Shown: positions 26,544 to 35,644 of the stretch, piece after piece
Numbering within the stretch: the stretch's first letter is position 1
How the letters are laid out: the number at the start of each line of letters is the position of its first letter
Source: Bacillota bacterium
Lineage (GTDB): Bacteria; Bacillota; Limnochordia; Darwinibacteriales; Darwinibacteriaceae
Direction of reading: 5' to 3'
Assembly: GCA_012521295.1 (NCBI GenBank)
Contig: JAAYMS010000160.1
Coordinates: 20,092 to 84,091 of the forward strand
Length of the DNA: 64,000 bases
Position numbers and translations under genes: made by a program
Notes under the pieces: model-generated
Seen by the model: only the letters and a program-made list of their open reading frames with translations
Database searches by the model: none
Told to the model about the DNA's origin: nothing

Positions 26544-27891
26544 TTGAGGTCGCCCTTCCTTGGATATACTGAACTGCTCGCTCGAGATATGGCCGGTATC
26601 TGCTGTCCGTTTCTGAGAGATCGGCCAGAGCCTTCTGGAGCAGTTCCTCTGCATCAGGCCCGCCAAACCGGGCTACAGCCATGGCCACCTCTTCCTTACC
26701 CTCTCCCCACTTCAGCTCCTGGAAGATATGTGAAAGCAAAGCGAGCTTGCGCTTGCCCTTAGTCCCTTGCGAAAGAAGCTCAGCAAAGATGACCGCCAAA
26801 GCCGCGTCTTTACTGCGGTCAAAATACTGCCGCATGGCAGCCACGGCTCTCGAATCCAGAATTCGCAGCAGTTCCAAAATAGGCTGAAATTCTGGGTCCC
26901 AAGGATGCAGAGCATCCAAGAGCTTAACTGCAGCGCCAGCAGCCTCCCTTACCTTCCATTCCCCAAGCAGAGCAGCCGCCTGAACCACGAACTTATCGTC
27001 CAAATCCGGATTCACGAGCCGAGCCTCTAGTACAGCCAAGAGGATATTGACGACAACCGGATCTGGTTCTTCCTGAACAGCAGGCACCTGCCCACGTGCC
27101 TGATTGACGAACAACTCTTCAAAGAAAAGATCGTACTCATCTTGATCCAAGACAATGCGCAGATCGGTATAGCCCGTAATCTCTCTGCGGAAGTTGCGGA
27201 AAGCCCCAAGATCAACTACAACGTTGTTGCCCACCTTGGTACGCTTTTGTCTTTCGGTGGCGATGTCTTCAAAAGGAAAGCCAAAATATGGGGCTACCTT
27301 GAAATTATTGACCATTGTCTGTAGGCCAGAGAGCACAATCCGGATGCGGGGATGAGATATATGCATCCAAATCGGGCGCAGGTGTTCACCCCGCAGCATA
27401 CGCGCACCAGCCAGCCCAAGCAGCTTATCTATACCGCTGCTGCGGCGGGCAATAGCCTGCTGTGCTTCGCGAATCAACTCATCTACAGATGGAGCATCTT
27501 CGTAGATTCCGCTCCGGTAGTATTCCATCATCAGCCCATAAACTGGCAGGCGCAGTACGGCAGCGTAACCAGCACCGCGTACGTAGTGTTCTCCTAAATA
27601 CTGGATATCTATCGGCAGGAGGGTGTTCTGCAGTGCTTCGTTCAAGCCGTGAATAGCCTGACTAACTTCTTCATAGACCTCCCGAGCACTTTCATCGCCC
27701 TCAAGGCTGGCTGCGAAAAGAGCGCCTATAGTCAACAGTTCTACAGATGCTCCATAGGCCGCCAGCACTAAATCGCGCTCATAGAAGAACATGCTCTCTT
27801 TGATTTCTAAGCACGCTGCGATAAAACCGTCAATGGAGGTGATCTCCTTGACTTCCTTTACCATTTGGCGGAAATCTCGGTTCAAAGCCAT
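26524..27891 (-). CDS. Hypothetical protein with C-terminal HEAT/PBS-lyase-like repeats
   Basis: 455 aa with no recognisable catalytic motif. The C-terminal ~150 aa form a helical repeat (LLDALHPWDPEFQPILELLRIL...). It is translationally coupled between rnhA and ltaE. Confidence 0.4.
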   Translation of the reverse strand: MALNRDFRQMVKEVKEITSIDGFIAACLEIKESMFFYERDLVLAAYGASVELLTIGALFAASLEGDESAREVYEEVSQAIHGLNEALQNTLLPIDIQYLGEHYVRGAGYAAVLRLPVYGLMMEYYRSGIYEDAPSVDELIREAQQAIARRSSGIDKLLGLAGARMLRGEHLRPIWMHISHPRIRIVLSGLQTMVNNFKVAPYFGFPFEDIATERQKRTKVGNNVVVDLGAFRNFRREITGYTDLRIVLDQDEYDLFFEELFVNQARGQVPAVQEEPDPVVVNILLAVLEARLVNPDLDDKFVVQAAALLGEWKVREAAGAAVKLLDALHPWDPEFQPILELLRILDSRAVAAMRQYFDRSKDAALAVIFAELLSQGTKGKRKLALLSHIFQELKWGEGKEEVAMAVARFGGPDAEELLQKALADLSETDSRYRPYLERAVQYIQGRATSNGKSRH

Positions 27892-27898
27892 ACTCCCT

Positions 27899-28339
27899 TC
27901 AGTTCGTTCCTCTGCGAATAGCCTGTCTGGCTAATTCGTCACAGTGGTTATTCCATTTGTTTGTACTGTGGCCTTTGACCTTAATCCATTCTATTTCATG
28001 TTTCCGAGATAGTTCAATTAAGGCTTTCCAGAGGTCACTATTGCTGACCGGATCACCACGGCTGTTGCGCCAGCCGTTTTTCTGCCAATTATCGATCCAG
28101 CCCAATGTAAACCCATTGATAAGATAGGCGCTGTCGGAGTATAGTCGCACTCTAGTTCGTTCTTTCAACTGCTCTAAGCCCTTGATGGCTGCAGTAAGCT
28201 CCATGCGCTGGTTTGTCGTATGGGGTTCAAACCCAGAAAGCTCCTTGATATGAGGCCCGTAGATCAGGACCACACCCCATCCGCCAGGACCTGGATTATG
28301 GCTGCAAGCCCCGTCTGTATATACTTCTACCTGTTTCAT
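27899..28339 (-). CDS. rnhA: Ribonuclease HI
   Basis: 146 aa with VEVYTDGAC...NPGPGGWG and the downstream catalytic Asp/Glu pattern of RNase H type 1. Confidence 0.85.
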   Translation of the reverse strand: MKQVEVYTDGACSHNPGPGGWGVVLIYGPHIKELSGFEPHTTNQRMELTAAIKGLEQLKERTRVRLYSDSAYLINGFTLGWIDNWQKNGWRNSRGDPVSNSDLWKALIELSRKHEIEWIKVKGHSTNKWNNHCDELARQAIRRGTN

Positions 28340-28420
28340 AGAGTATTGGCACCAGCCCTAACTTGTGTTATGTTTATTATAATACCACATTTTATCACAG
28401 AAAGATTGGAGGTGGTCACA

Positions 28421-29200
28421 GTGCAAGAAAAACTTGAGGTTATCGGGCCTGACTCTCGTCATTTAGGTGCGCTGTGTAATTACTGCGCAGAAGAGCTCGC
28501 CCAAGGTGATGAGTGCGTCGAATGCCCTCGCTGTCATAAGGTACACCATGCTGACTGCTGGAAAGCTAAAGGTGGCTGTGCCACACGAGGATGCCCACAA
28601 GTTGCACAGGTAGTCATTGGGGAAAAACCTAAAGGTGATGGGCCACCGCCGCCTCTGCCCAAGTGGTACTTCGCCGCTGGCGCCGTCTTGATTATTGCCA
28701 TAATCCTGATTTCTGTTTATTGGCCGAAGCCACCGGATCCGGCGGCCGGCAGAGCGAAGATTGTTGTTATGGATACCCTGACGTATGAGTCCAATACCAT
28801 CCTAACAGAGGCCGTTGAGGAATTCAACGAATCCAGTACTACGACCTACATTGATCTGCAGCTCCTTCCCTCAATGGGCATGGACCAGAAACTTATAGTT
28901 CTCATCGCCGCTGGTGATGCGCCAGACATTTTCTCTGTGGATGATCAGCGTTTTGAATATCTTCAGTCCCAAGGTGTACTGTTGGAGTTGGGTAAAACAC
29001 CTGATGGTGAACCAATCTATGGTGTACAGCACCCAGGTAGTTTGAACAAGCTGGTAATATGGGGAGATACCGCTCATCCAGAGATTGCTCGTGAAGTGTT
29101 GGACTTTCTCTTAGAGACAATTCCTCAGGTAGATCACGAGCGGTTGCGGGAACTGCGCGAGCAACAGTCCCTACTGCCAGGGGCGTTGTTTGGCTTTTAA
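28421..29200 (+). CDS. Membrane protein with an N-terminal cytoplasmic zinc-ribbon, a single TM helix and an extracytoplasmic domain resembling the N-terminal lobe of a family-1 solute-binding protein
   Basis: Start set to the GTG at 28421 after GGAGGTGG. Cys/His cluster CNYC...CVECPRCH..H..C...C..C; TM WYFAAGAVLIIAIILISVYW; then KIVVMDTL...LIAAGDAPDIFSV, which resembles the N-lobe of an extracellular solute-binding protein. Its stop overlaps the RBS of the glycosyltransferase. Confidence 0.45.
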   Translation: MQEKLEVIGPDSRHLGALCNYCAEELAQGDECVECPRCHKVHHADCWKAKGGCATRGCPQVAQVVIGEKPKGDGPPPPLPKWYFAAGAVLIIAIILISVYWPKPPDPAAGRAKIVVMDTLTYESNTILTEAVEEFNESSTTTYIDLQLLPSMGMDQKLIVLIAAGDAPDIFSVDDQRFEYLQSQGVLLELGKTPDGEPIYGVQHPGSLNKLVIWGDTAHPEIAREVLDFLLETIPQVDHERLRELREQQSLLPGALFGF

Positions 29201-29210
29201 GGAGGCCGCT

Positions 29211-30392
29211 ATGAAAATCGCATTTTTTACAGATAGTTATGCACCTTACGTGAGCGGAGTCGTCCGCTCACTGCAGCGTTTTACCAAGGGGTTGGCCCAG
29301 CAGGGCCATGAAGTGTATATCTTTGCGCCGTTCTATTATGGCAAGAAATTCAGCAAGCATATCGAGCAGCAATCCGATCCGTATGCGAAGAAAGTGTTTC
29401 GGTTTTATTCCGTCCCAGCTCCCACCCATCCTTCGTACTTTCTGCCGATTCCGATCTCAATTCGCGCCGAACGGCTCTTGCGCAGGCTCGATGTTGACAT
29501 AATCCACACCCACGCTCCGTTTCTGACAGGTCAGTTAGGGGCGATGTTGGCTAAGCGGCTTGACGTGCCGCTATTCTTTACCCATCATACTGTGTACCAA
29601 GAATATCTTCACTACGTGCCTGCTCCCAGAAAGGCCACCGAAAGAGTAGTGATCAACTTCCTGAAGTGGTACTGCCACCGATGTGACCACATCATTACTC
29701 CAACAGATGCCACCAAGGAAATGATTCTGGAGCTGTACGACCTAAAGACGCCCGTAACAACCCTTCCAACAGGGGTAGACCTAGACCCATATGAAGACGC
29801 CGATCCGATGTGGCTCCGACGCAAGCTGCAGCTTGCGCCCGAACAGCCTGTGCTTTTGTCTTTGGGCCGGTTAAGTAAAGAAAAGAGCCCTGAAATGCTG
29901 ATCGATGCCTTCAAGATTATCCAAGAAACTCGCCCTGATACGGTCTTTGTCTTTGCCGGAGATGGGCCTATGATGGAGCCACTTAAACAGAAGGCAAAAG
30001 ACTTAGGGCTGGCCGATAAAGTATACTTCACCGGAGCCCTTGATGCTGACGAGGTGGCAGCCGCCTACCTGGGAGCCGATCTCTTTATGTTCGCATCTCA
30101 GACTGAGACGCAGGGGCTTGTCTCCTTAGAAGCCATGGCCGGCAGCTTACCCATCGTCGCTGTTGACGCCAGCGGTACTAACGCCGTAGTGATCGATGGT
30201 GAAACCGGCTTCTTAACAGAACCGACACCTCAGGCCCTCGCCGAAGGAGCCCTGACTCTCCTGCAGTCGCCAGAACTCATGCAAAAATTCAGCGTGCAAG
30301 CGCGCAGACAGGCGGAGCAGTATAGTGTTACCGCAACCGCCAGTCGGCTTGTAAAGCTTTATGAATCGGTTCTATCTGAGAAACGCAGTTAG
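29211..30392 (+). CDS. GT4-family glycosyltransferase (glycolipid/diacylglycerol glycosyltransferase-like)
   Basis: Start MKIAFFTDSYAPYVSGV preceded by TAAGGAGG. C-terminal GT1/GT4 catalytic domain with an EX7E-like region (ETQGLVSLEAMA). Confidence 0.75.
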   Translation: MKIAFFTDSYAPYVSGVVRSLQRFTKGLAQQGHEVYIFAPFYYGKKFSKHIEQQSDPYAKKVFRFYSVPAPTHPSYFLPIPISIRAERLLRRLDVDIIHTHAPFLTGQLGAMLAKRLDVPLFFTHHTVYQEYLHYVPAPRKATERVVINFLKWYCHRCDHIITPTDATKEMILELYDLKTPVTTLPTGVDLDPYEDADPMWLRRKLQLAPEQPVLLSLGRLSKEKSPEMLIDAFKIIQETRPDTVFVFAGDGPMMEPLKQKAKDLGLADKVYFTGALDADEVAAAYLGADLFMFASQTETQGLVSLEAMAGSLPIVAVDASGTNAVVIDGETGFLTEPTPQALAEGALTLLQSPELMQKFSVQARRQAEQYSVTATASRLVKLYESVLSEKRS

Positions 30393-30952
30393 AACTGTAC
30401 TTGAGGAACTTGCTGTGCTGCTTCGGAAGCTGCGAAGAAAGCCATTGATTGCTTACCTAATACACTAGCCAGAATCACTGTGGGGAACTGGCGAATGGTC
30501 CGGTTCCAGACTTCCACAGCCTCATTATACCGCATCCGCTCTACAGCGATGCGGTTTTCTGTTCCCGCCAATTCGTCCATCAGCCGGTTAAAGCTGGCAT
30601 CAGCCTTGAGCTGCGGATAGTTTTCGCTAATAGCCAGCAACCGCCCCAGGGCCATATCAAGACTATTGTTGGCTGCAATCTGTTCCTCGGGGCTGCGGGC
30701 ACCGAGAAGGCGGGCACGGGCATCAGCGATATCAGTGAAAATCTGCTCTTCATGTTCTGCATAGCCCTTGACTGTCGCCACTAAGTTAGGAATCAGATCG
30801 GCTCGGCGCTGCATTTGGTTTTCCACTTGAGCCCAGCGGGATTCGACGTTTGTTTCGAGTGCAACTAAAGAATTGTACTGAGATACGGCACCGCGGGCAA
30901 GCAGGACTACGATCAGTGCAATGACAATCAATACTACAGTTGACTTTTTCAT
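30389..30952 (-). CDS. lemA: LemA family protein
   Basis: 187 aa with an N-terminal TM segment and the conserved LemA core NSLVALETNVESRWAQVENQMQRRADLIPNLV. Confidence 0.8.
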   Translation of the reverse strand: MKKSTVVLIVIALIVVLLARGAVSQYNSLVALETNVESRWAQVENQMQRRADLIPNLVATVKGYAEHEEQIFTDIADARARLLGARSPEEQIAANNSLDMALGRLLAISENYPQLKADASFNRLMDELAGTENRIAVERMRYNEAVEVWNRTIRQFPTVILASVLGKQSMAFFAASEAAQQVPQVQF

Positions 30953-30975
30953 TTTCTTCCCCTCCCTTTGTTTCC

Positions 30976-31740
30976 CTAAAACCTACGGCTGGCTCCGCCG
31001 CCTCCGCTGCGGCCGCCTCCGAAACCACCAAAACCGCCTCCGCGGCTGCCACCGCCAAAGCCTCCCCGAGAGCGGGGCACACGCACGGTCGGCACTATGA
31101 CTGTTCGGCCTCTGCGCCCACTTCCACCGCCCATCCCCCCACCAGGAGGATAGAAACGTGCGCGGCGCAGAAGGATAACAATTAAGATAAAAATACCGAA
31201 GGAGATGAACCAATCGCCCAGCGATTCGTCTGACTGTTTTTCTGCCTTGGCGAATTCTTCTCCAGCTAATTCTGCCTTAAAAGCCTGAGCTAAATAGGAT
31301 AGGCCCGGGCCAAACTGACGGTTAACGAAGTATTCCTCAACTGCAATGTCCAAATAGGCTCCAACCTTGCCATCGGGAAGAATCGCTTCTAGGCCGTAGC
31401 CAGTTTCCACCTCAATGGCTCCTTCATCTAAAGATAGAAGAATGAGAAGCCCGCTGTCTTCAGGCCCTCCAATTCCCCATGCTTCGAATAAGAGGGTACG
31501 ATACTCGGTGGGATCATAGGGAGCAGTCGATTGAAGGGTGACGACTGCCAACTCGATGCCCTGCTCCTCCTTTAGCTGTTCAGCCACAACCTGGATCTGG
31601 GCTCGGCTGCGCTGATCGAGGACCTGGGCAAAGTCATTGACATACCCTATTGGCGCTGGGAACTCCTGCGCCGACACTGTCTGGCCAACAATCAGTATAA
31701 GGATAACTAGGATCAGCAGGTTCACCTGCCGCTTCTGCAT
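30976..31740 (-). CDS. TPM-domain (YgcG-like) protein with a Gly-rich C-terminal tail
   Basis: Start set to the ATG at 31740 (RBS GGAAGGAG). Signal/TM segment, then the TPM phosphatase-like domain (PIGYVNDFAQVL...), and a GGGxGGG low-complexity tail. The LemA plus TPM pairing is typical. Confidence 0.7.
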   Translation of the reverse strand: MQKRQVNLLILVILILIVGQTVSAQEFPAPIGYVNDFAQVLDQRSRAQIQVVAEQLKEEQGIELAVVTLQSTAPYDPTEYRTLLFEAWGIGGPEDSGLLILLSLDEGAIEVETGYGLEAILPDGKVGAYLDIAVEEYFVNRQFGPGLSYLAQAFKAELAGEEFAKAEKQSDESLGDWFISFGIFILIVILLRRARFYPPGGGMGGGSGRRGRTVIVPTVRVPRSRGGFGGGSRGGGFGGFGGGRSGGGGASRRF

Positions 31741-31759
31741 ATGATAGGCTCCTTCCATA

Positions 31760-32431
31760 TCAATCGGGATTTATCGGGATAGGGTGGTAAAACTCACCTT
31801 CGACTTCCCAGAGATAGTTTCCCGCAGTTACCTCGCGGACTAAATCTTCAGCCCGCTGCTCTTCGCCTTCTAAGAGGCGAAGAACATAGGTTACATCTGT
31901 CATGTATTCGGTATCGGTAATTGCTATACCTGCATTAATCAGTTCGTTTTGAACCTTTCCGGAAATGCCATAATCTACTGTCACTCGAACTTGGGTGGCG
32001 GGCAGCATGCGCACGATACCAGCCTCGAGAAGCGCTGCCTTGGCAGCTCCACCATAGGCACGAACCAGGCCGCCCCTCCCGAGCAAGGTACCGCCGAAGT
32101 ACCGTGTAACGACAATGGCCGCATCAACTATCCCATAGGCCTTCATCATTTCTAAAATGGGCATTCCGGCTGTTCCACTGGGTTCCCCATCGTCACTGAA
32201 CTTCTGGATACTCTGATTCACTCCGATAATATAAGCAGGACAGTTATGGGTGGCGTTCCAGTGTTCTTTCTTGACTTCTTCGATGAACGCCTCTGCTTCT
32301 TCAGCGCTGGATACGGGCCGCACTTTTGCAATGAACTTCGATTTCTTTTCGATTAGGACCACCTCTGCCGGGCCCGCTACCGTATTATACTCAACGAGCA
32401 ACATAATCACCTCGCTCTGAAAAGGTTCCAC
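31760..32431 (-). CDS. yigZ: YigZ/IMPACT family protein (UPF0029)
   Basis: IEKKSKFIA...HNCPAYIIG signature of the IMPACT N-terminal domain plus the C-terminal DUF1949-like region. Confidence 0.7.
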   Translation of the reverse strand: MEPFQSEVIMLLVEYNTVAGPAEVVLIEKKSKFIAKVRPVSSAEEAEAFIEEVKKEHWNATHNCPAYIIGVNQSIQKFSDDGEPSGTAGMPILEMMKAYGIVDAAIVVTRYFGGTLLGRGGLVRAYGGAAKAALLEAGIVRMLPATQVRVTVDYGISGKVQNELINAGIAITDTEYMTDVTYVLRLLEGEEQRAEDLVREVTAGNYLWEVEGEFYHPIPINPD

Positions 32432-32504
32432 ATGGCAGGCTTTGTTCCTTCTGCTTGTCAGGTGAAGCTGGTCTCTGGTATTCTAGGGAAGTAGGAGGCT
32501 TAAT

Positions 32505-34676
32505 ATGGATATTATCAAGCAATTAGCCCAAGAACTGTCGCTGAAGGAAAGTCAAGTTCGCCATACTGTGGAACTCCTTGACGAAGGCAATACCATTCCC
32601 TTCATTGCCCGCTACCGTAAAGAGGCGACCGGGGAGTTAGATGAGGTGCAGATCCGCGGCCTCGCCGATCGTCTGGAGTATCTGCGCAACCTGGCAAAGC
32701 GCAAAGAGGAAGTTACGCGCCTGATTGCAGAGCAGGAAAAGCTAACTGCGGAGCTCGAGGCAGCAATTAATGCTGCTGTTACGCTGCAGGAAATCGAGGA
32801 CCTCTATCAGCCTTTCCGGCCGAAGCGCCGCACACGGGCGTCGATGGCAAAAGAAAAAGGCCTCGAACCTCTTGCCGAAATGCTCCTTAAGCAGGGTCAG
32901 GAAGATCCTGTTATCTTAGCTGAGCAATTTGTTACCGAAGAAGTCACTTCCCCCTCGGAAGCGCTCCAAGGTGCGCAGGACATTATAGCTGAGCACATCA
33001 CTGATCAGCCAGAAATTAGACAGATGGTGCGGAAGTTTACGTATGACTACGGTTCTATCAATTCGTCGCTGAACGTGGATCCAGAAACAGACAGCAACGC
33101 TCGCGAGTTTCAGATGTACTTCGAATATACGGAAGAAGTGCGCAAGATACCTCCACATCGGATCTTAGCCATTAACAGAGGCGAGCGTCTCGGCGTGCTG
33201 AAGGTAAAGCTATCTGTCGATGAAGAGCGAGTTCTCCAGCTCGTAAGCAAGAAGTTGATCACTAATCCCAGTTCGCCTTCGGCCCCCTTTATCGAAGCAG
33301 CGTGGGCTGACGGCTACAAACGCCTACTTGCCCCAAGTGTCGAGCGGGATATCCGCAGCTCTCTCACGGAAAAAGCCGAGGCCCATGCCATCGAAATCTT
33401 CGCTACCAATTTGCGCAGCCTACTGATGCAGGCTCCTGTACGCGGTTATCGAGTGCTGGGTATTGACCCTGCTTACCGTACAGGCTGCAAAGTGGTAGCA
33501 GTGGACGAATACGGAGTCCTCTTAGAGTATACGACAATCTATCCTCATGAGCCGCAGAAGCAGTGGGCAGAGTCCCTGTCAATCTTGAACGCAATGATTG
33601 ACAGGCATCAAGTCAGCTTGGTTGTAATTGGTAATGGAACCGCCAGCCGAGAGACTGAGCAGCTTGTGGCTGAGCTTATTCAGAAGCGGGGGCAGGATCT
33701 GAAATACCTGGTAGTCAATGAAGCCGGTGCTTCTGTCTATTCAGCATCTGAACTGGCGCGGGAGGAGTTTCCTGAGCTGGATATCTCCATGCGGGGAGCC
33801 GTATCTATCGCCCGCAGAGTACAGGACCCCTTGGCAGAACTGGTTAAGATTGAACCAAAGTCGATTGGTGTAGGCCAGTACCAGCATGATGTAAACCAAA
33901 AGGAGCTCAGCCGCACCCTTGATGCAGTGGTGGAAAGCTGTGTTAACTTCGTCGGAGTCGAACTAAACTCTGCCTCTGCTGCGCTCTTGAGTTATGTTTC
34001 AGGTTTGTCAGCGAGAGTAGCCCGCGAAGTAGTACAACACCGCATAACCAATGGCTCTTTTTCGGCCAGAGAAGAACTCAAGAAAGTGAAGGGGCTCGGG
34101 CCCAAGGCATTCGAACAGTGCGCCGGGTTCTTGCGGATCAGTTCTGGCGTAGAACCACTTGATAACACCGCAGTGCATCCCGAATCATATGATATTGCCC
34201 GGAGGATCTTAGCTCAAATTGGATCCTCTCCAGAAGATATGCGGCATTCTGAGCGCCTAGAAGAAATCCGCCGCCAACTCAAAGGGCTGGATCCCAAGAA
34301 AGTGGCACAGGAGCTATGTGCCGGTGAGCCTACAGTGCGTGATATTATTGCTGCCCTCGGCCAGCCTGGCCGAGATCCCCGGGATGAGCTCCCCCCACCG
34401 CTGTTCCGGGCCGATGTGCTCACCATTGCCGATTTGAAACCTGGCATGATTCTCAAGGGCACAGTCCAGAACGTGGTCGACTTCGGTGCCTTCGTGGATA
34501 TCGGCGTAAAAAAGGCTGGGCTTGTCCACATCTCCCAGCTCAGCGATGATTATGTACGCCATCCCACGGACATTGTCCAAGTAGGTGATATTGTGGACGT
34601 TCAGGTTCTCAGTGTGGAACCTGAGTTAGAACGTATCAGTCTAACTATGCGAATTAATCAGGAAGCCGCGAGATAA
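32505..34676 (+). CDS. tex: Tex-like transcription accessory protein (YqgF/RuvC-like, HhH and S1 domains)
   Basis: 723 aa. N-terminal Tex domain (IPFIARYRKEATG), a YqgF-like domain, HhH motifs, and a C-terminal S1 domain (GMILKGTVQNVVDFGAFVDIG). Confidence 0.9.
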   Translation: MDIIKQLAQELSLKESQVRHTVELLDEGNTIPFIARYRKEATGELDEVQIRGLADRLEYLRNLAKRKEEVTRLIAEQEKLTAELEAAINAAVTLQEIEDLYQPFRPKRRTRASMAKEKGLEPLAEMLLKQGQEDPVILAEQFVTEEVTSPSEALQGAQDIIAEHITDQPEIRQMVRKFTYDYGSINSSLNVDPETDSNAREFQMYFEYTEEVRKIPPHRILAINRGERLGVLKVKLSVDEERVLQLVSKKLITNPSSPSAPFIEAAWADGYKRLLAPSVERDIRSSLTEKAEAHAIEIFATNLRSLLMQAPVRGYRVLGIDPAYRTGCKVVAVDEYGVLLEYTTIYPHEPQKQWAESLSILNAMIDRHQVSLVVIGNGTASRETEQLVAELIQKRGQDLKYLVVNEAGASVYSASELAREEFPELDISMRGAVSIARRVQDPLAELVKIEPKSIGVGQYQHDVNQKELSRTLDAVVESCVNFVGVELNSASAALLSYVSGLSARVAREVVQHRITNGSFSAREELKKVKGLGPKAFEQCAGFLRISSGVEPLDNTAVHPESYDIARRILAQIGSSPEDMRHSERLEEIRRQLKGLDPKKVAQELCAGEPTVRDIIAALGQPGRDPRDELPPPLFRADVLTIADLKPGMILKGTVQNVVDFGAFVDIGVKKAGLVHISQLSDDYVRHPTDIVQVGDIVDVQVLSVEPELERISLTMRINQEAAR

Positions 34677-34695
34677 AACCCGCGGCTTTTTTCTT
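34665..34695. terminator. Bidirectional rho-independent terminator between convergent tex and the ferritin-like gene
   Basis: GCCGCG-agataaaacc-CGCGGC followed by TTTTTTCTTT. An A-rich tract on the other side serves the minus-strand transcript. Confidence 0.6.
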
Positions 34696-35168
34696 TACCC
34701 CAAATCAAGATACGGATACCATTCTTCAGGACGTCGGAGAAGTTCCTGCAGCTTGGAGAGAATCGTTTTATGGGTTTCTTCTTCTTTTGCGAGCTTCATA
34801 AATACTTCCTTCTCCTTGCTTTTCTGTGCCTTTGCAGCTAAGTCTCGATAAAGCTCAATCGCCTTCTCTTCGAACTCAATGGCCATGTCGTAGATCTCTA
34901 GATAGCTTTCTGGTATTTTGGTTCCTTTCGCTAGAGGCTGAGCAAATATGCTGTCAGCCATTGTCAGGATCGTAGTTTCTTCGAGGTCATACAGCCCCGA
35001 CTCTTTCATCTGTTTCACAAACTTATAGTGCTTTTCTTCGTCGTCGGCTAACGCTCTGAACAGGTGCTCAAGTTGGGAACCCGCCACATTCTGCGCCTGC
35101 TTCAGATAGAACTCCTTTCCTTCGAGCTCCATCGCCATAGCAAAGTCTAGTGGATGCACATCCATCAC
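34695..35168 (-). CDS. Ferritin-like diiron protein (rubrerythrin/erythrin-type four-helix bundle, no rubredoxin domain)
   Basis: 157 aa with two E...ExxH pairs (ELEGKEFY...EEKHYKF; IEFEEKAIELY...EEETHKTI), characteristic of rubrerythrin-like diiron sites. Confidence 0.55.
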   Translation of the reverse strand: MMDVHPLDFAMAMELEGKEFYLKQAQNVAGSQLEHLFRALADDEEKHYKFVKQMKESGLYDLEETTILTMADSIFAQPLAKGTKIPESYLEIYDMAIEFEEKAIELYRDLAAKAQKSKEKEVFMKLAKEEETHKTILSKLQELLRRPEEWYPYLDLG

Positions 35169-35632
35169 CTCACTGGGTTTAGTCCCAAAACATCCGCCAG
35201 TTCTTCGGGATCCAGCCTAAACCTCGCCCCGTACCCTTCGAAAAACCCGTGTTCTTCAATCATATGCAGATTCAGATCTGACCAGAGAACGCTTCTGCCT
35301 GTCTGAAGGCAGGTTACGCGGGTGTTGCACTTGCTCGCCTGATAATTATGGGCAAACGGACAAACAATGCTGCCCTTATGCTCCACCGTCTCTACCCGGT
35401 ATTTCCCTTCGACAACTATGGCCTGGCCAAGCTGTGCCTTCCCGAGTTCAGTGAAGTGACGCATCCGCCCAGCCAATTCCTCTTTGGTAATGCCTAAGCG
35501 TTCTAGCCTAAGCCGGTCAGCGTACAGAATCCCGGCTAGACTGCGAGTATCTGTGCCCATGAAACCGTGGGAAGCCAATGGGCCCGTGCGCATGTTTTCT
35601 TCCACCCGCATAAGATCCGGCCCTTGTTTCAT
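35165..35632 (-). CDS. Hypothetical protein (Cys/His-containing); no family recognised
   Basis: 155-aa ORF that overlaps the downstream ferritin-like gene by 4 nt and follows nqrF by 12 nt. It contains C-x3-H...C-x5-C and HxxEH-like stretches. Confidence 0.3.
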   Translation of the reverse strand: MKQGPDLMRVEENMRTGPLASHGFMGTDTRSLAGILYADRLRLERLGITKEELAGRMRHFTELGKAQLGQAIVVEGKYRVETVEHKGSIVCPFAHNYQASKCNTRVTCLQTGRSVLWSDLNLHMIEEHGFFEGYGARFRLDPEELADVLGLNPVR

Positions 35633-35644
35633 AACCAGTCCCCC

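Noticed and set aside
28220-28420. Long N-terminal extension of the zinc-ribbon membrane protein ORF (start at 28220)
   Set aside because: The extension overlaps rnhA on the opposite strand and has no RBS. A GTG at 28421 with an upstream GGAGGTGG is a far better start.
28340-28420. TATAAT-containing AT-rich stretch between rnhA and the zinc-ribbon gene as a defined promoter
   Set aside because: A TATAAT hexamer is present, but the best -35 candidate (TTGTGT) is only 9 nt away. The spacing is unconvincing and no confident promoter could be called.
30976-31140. GC-rich low-complexity repeat (GGCGGCTCC / CCGCCTCC units)
   Set aside because: This is not a CRISPR or intergenic repeat. It encodes the Gly/Arg-rich C-terminal tail (GGGxGGG) of the TPM-domain protein, a typical feature of YgcG-like proteins.
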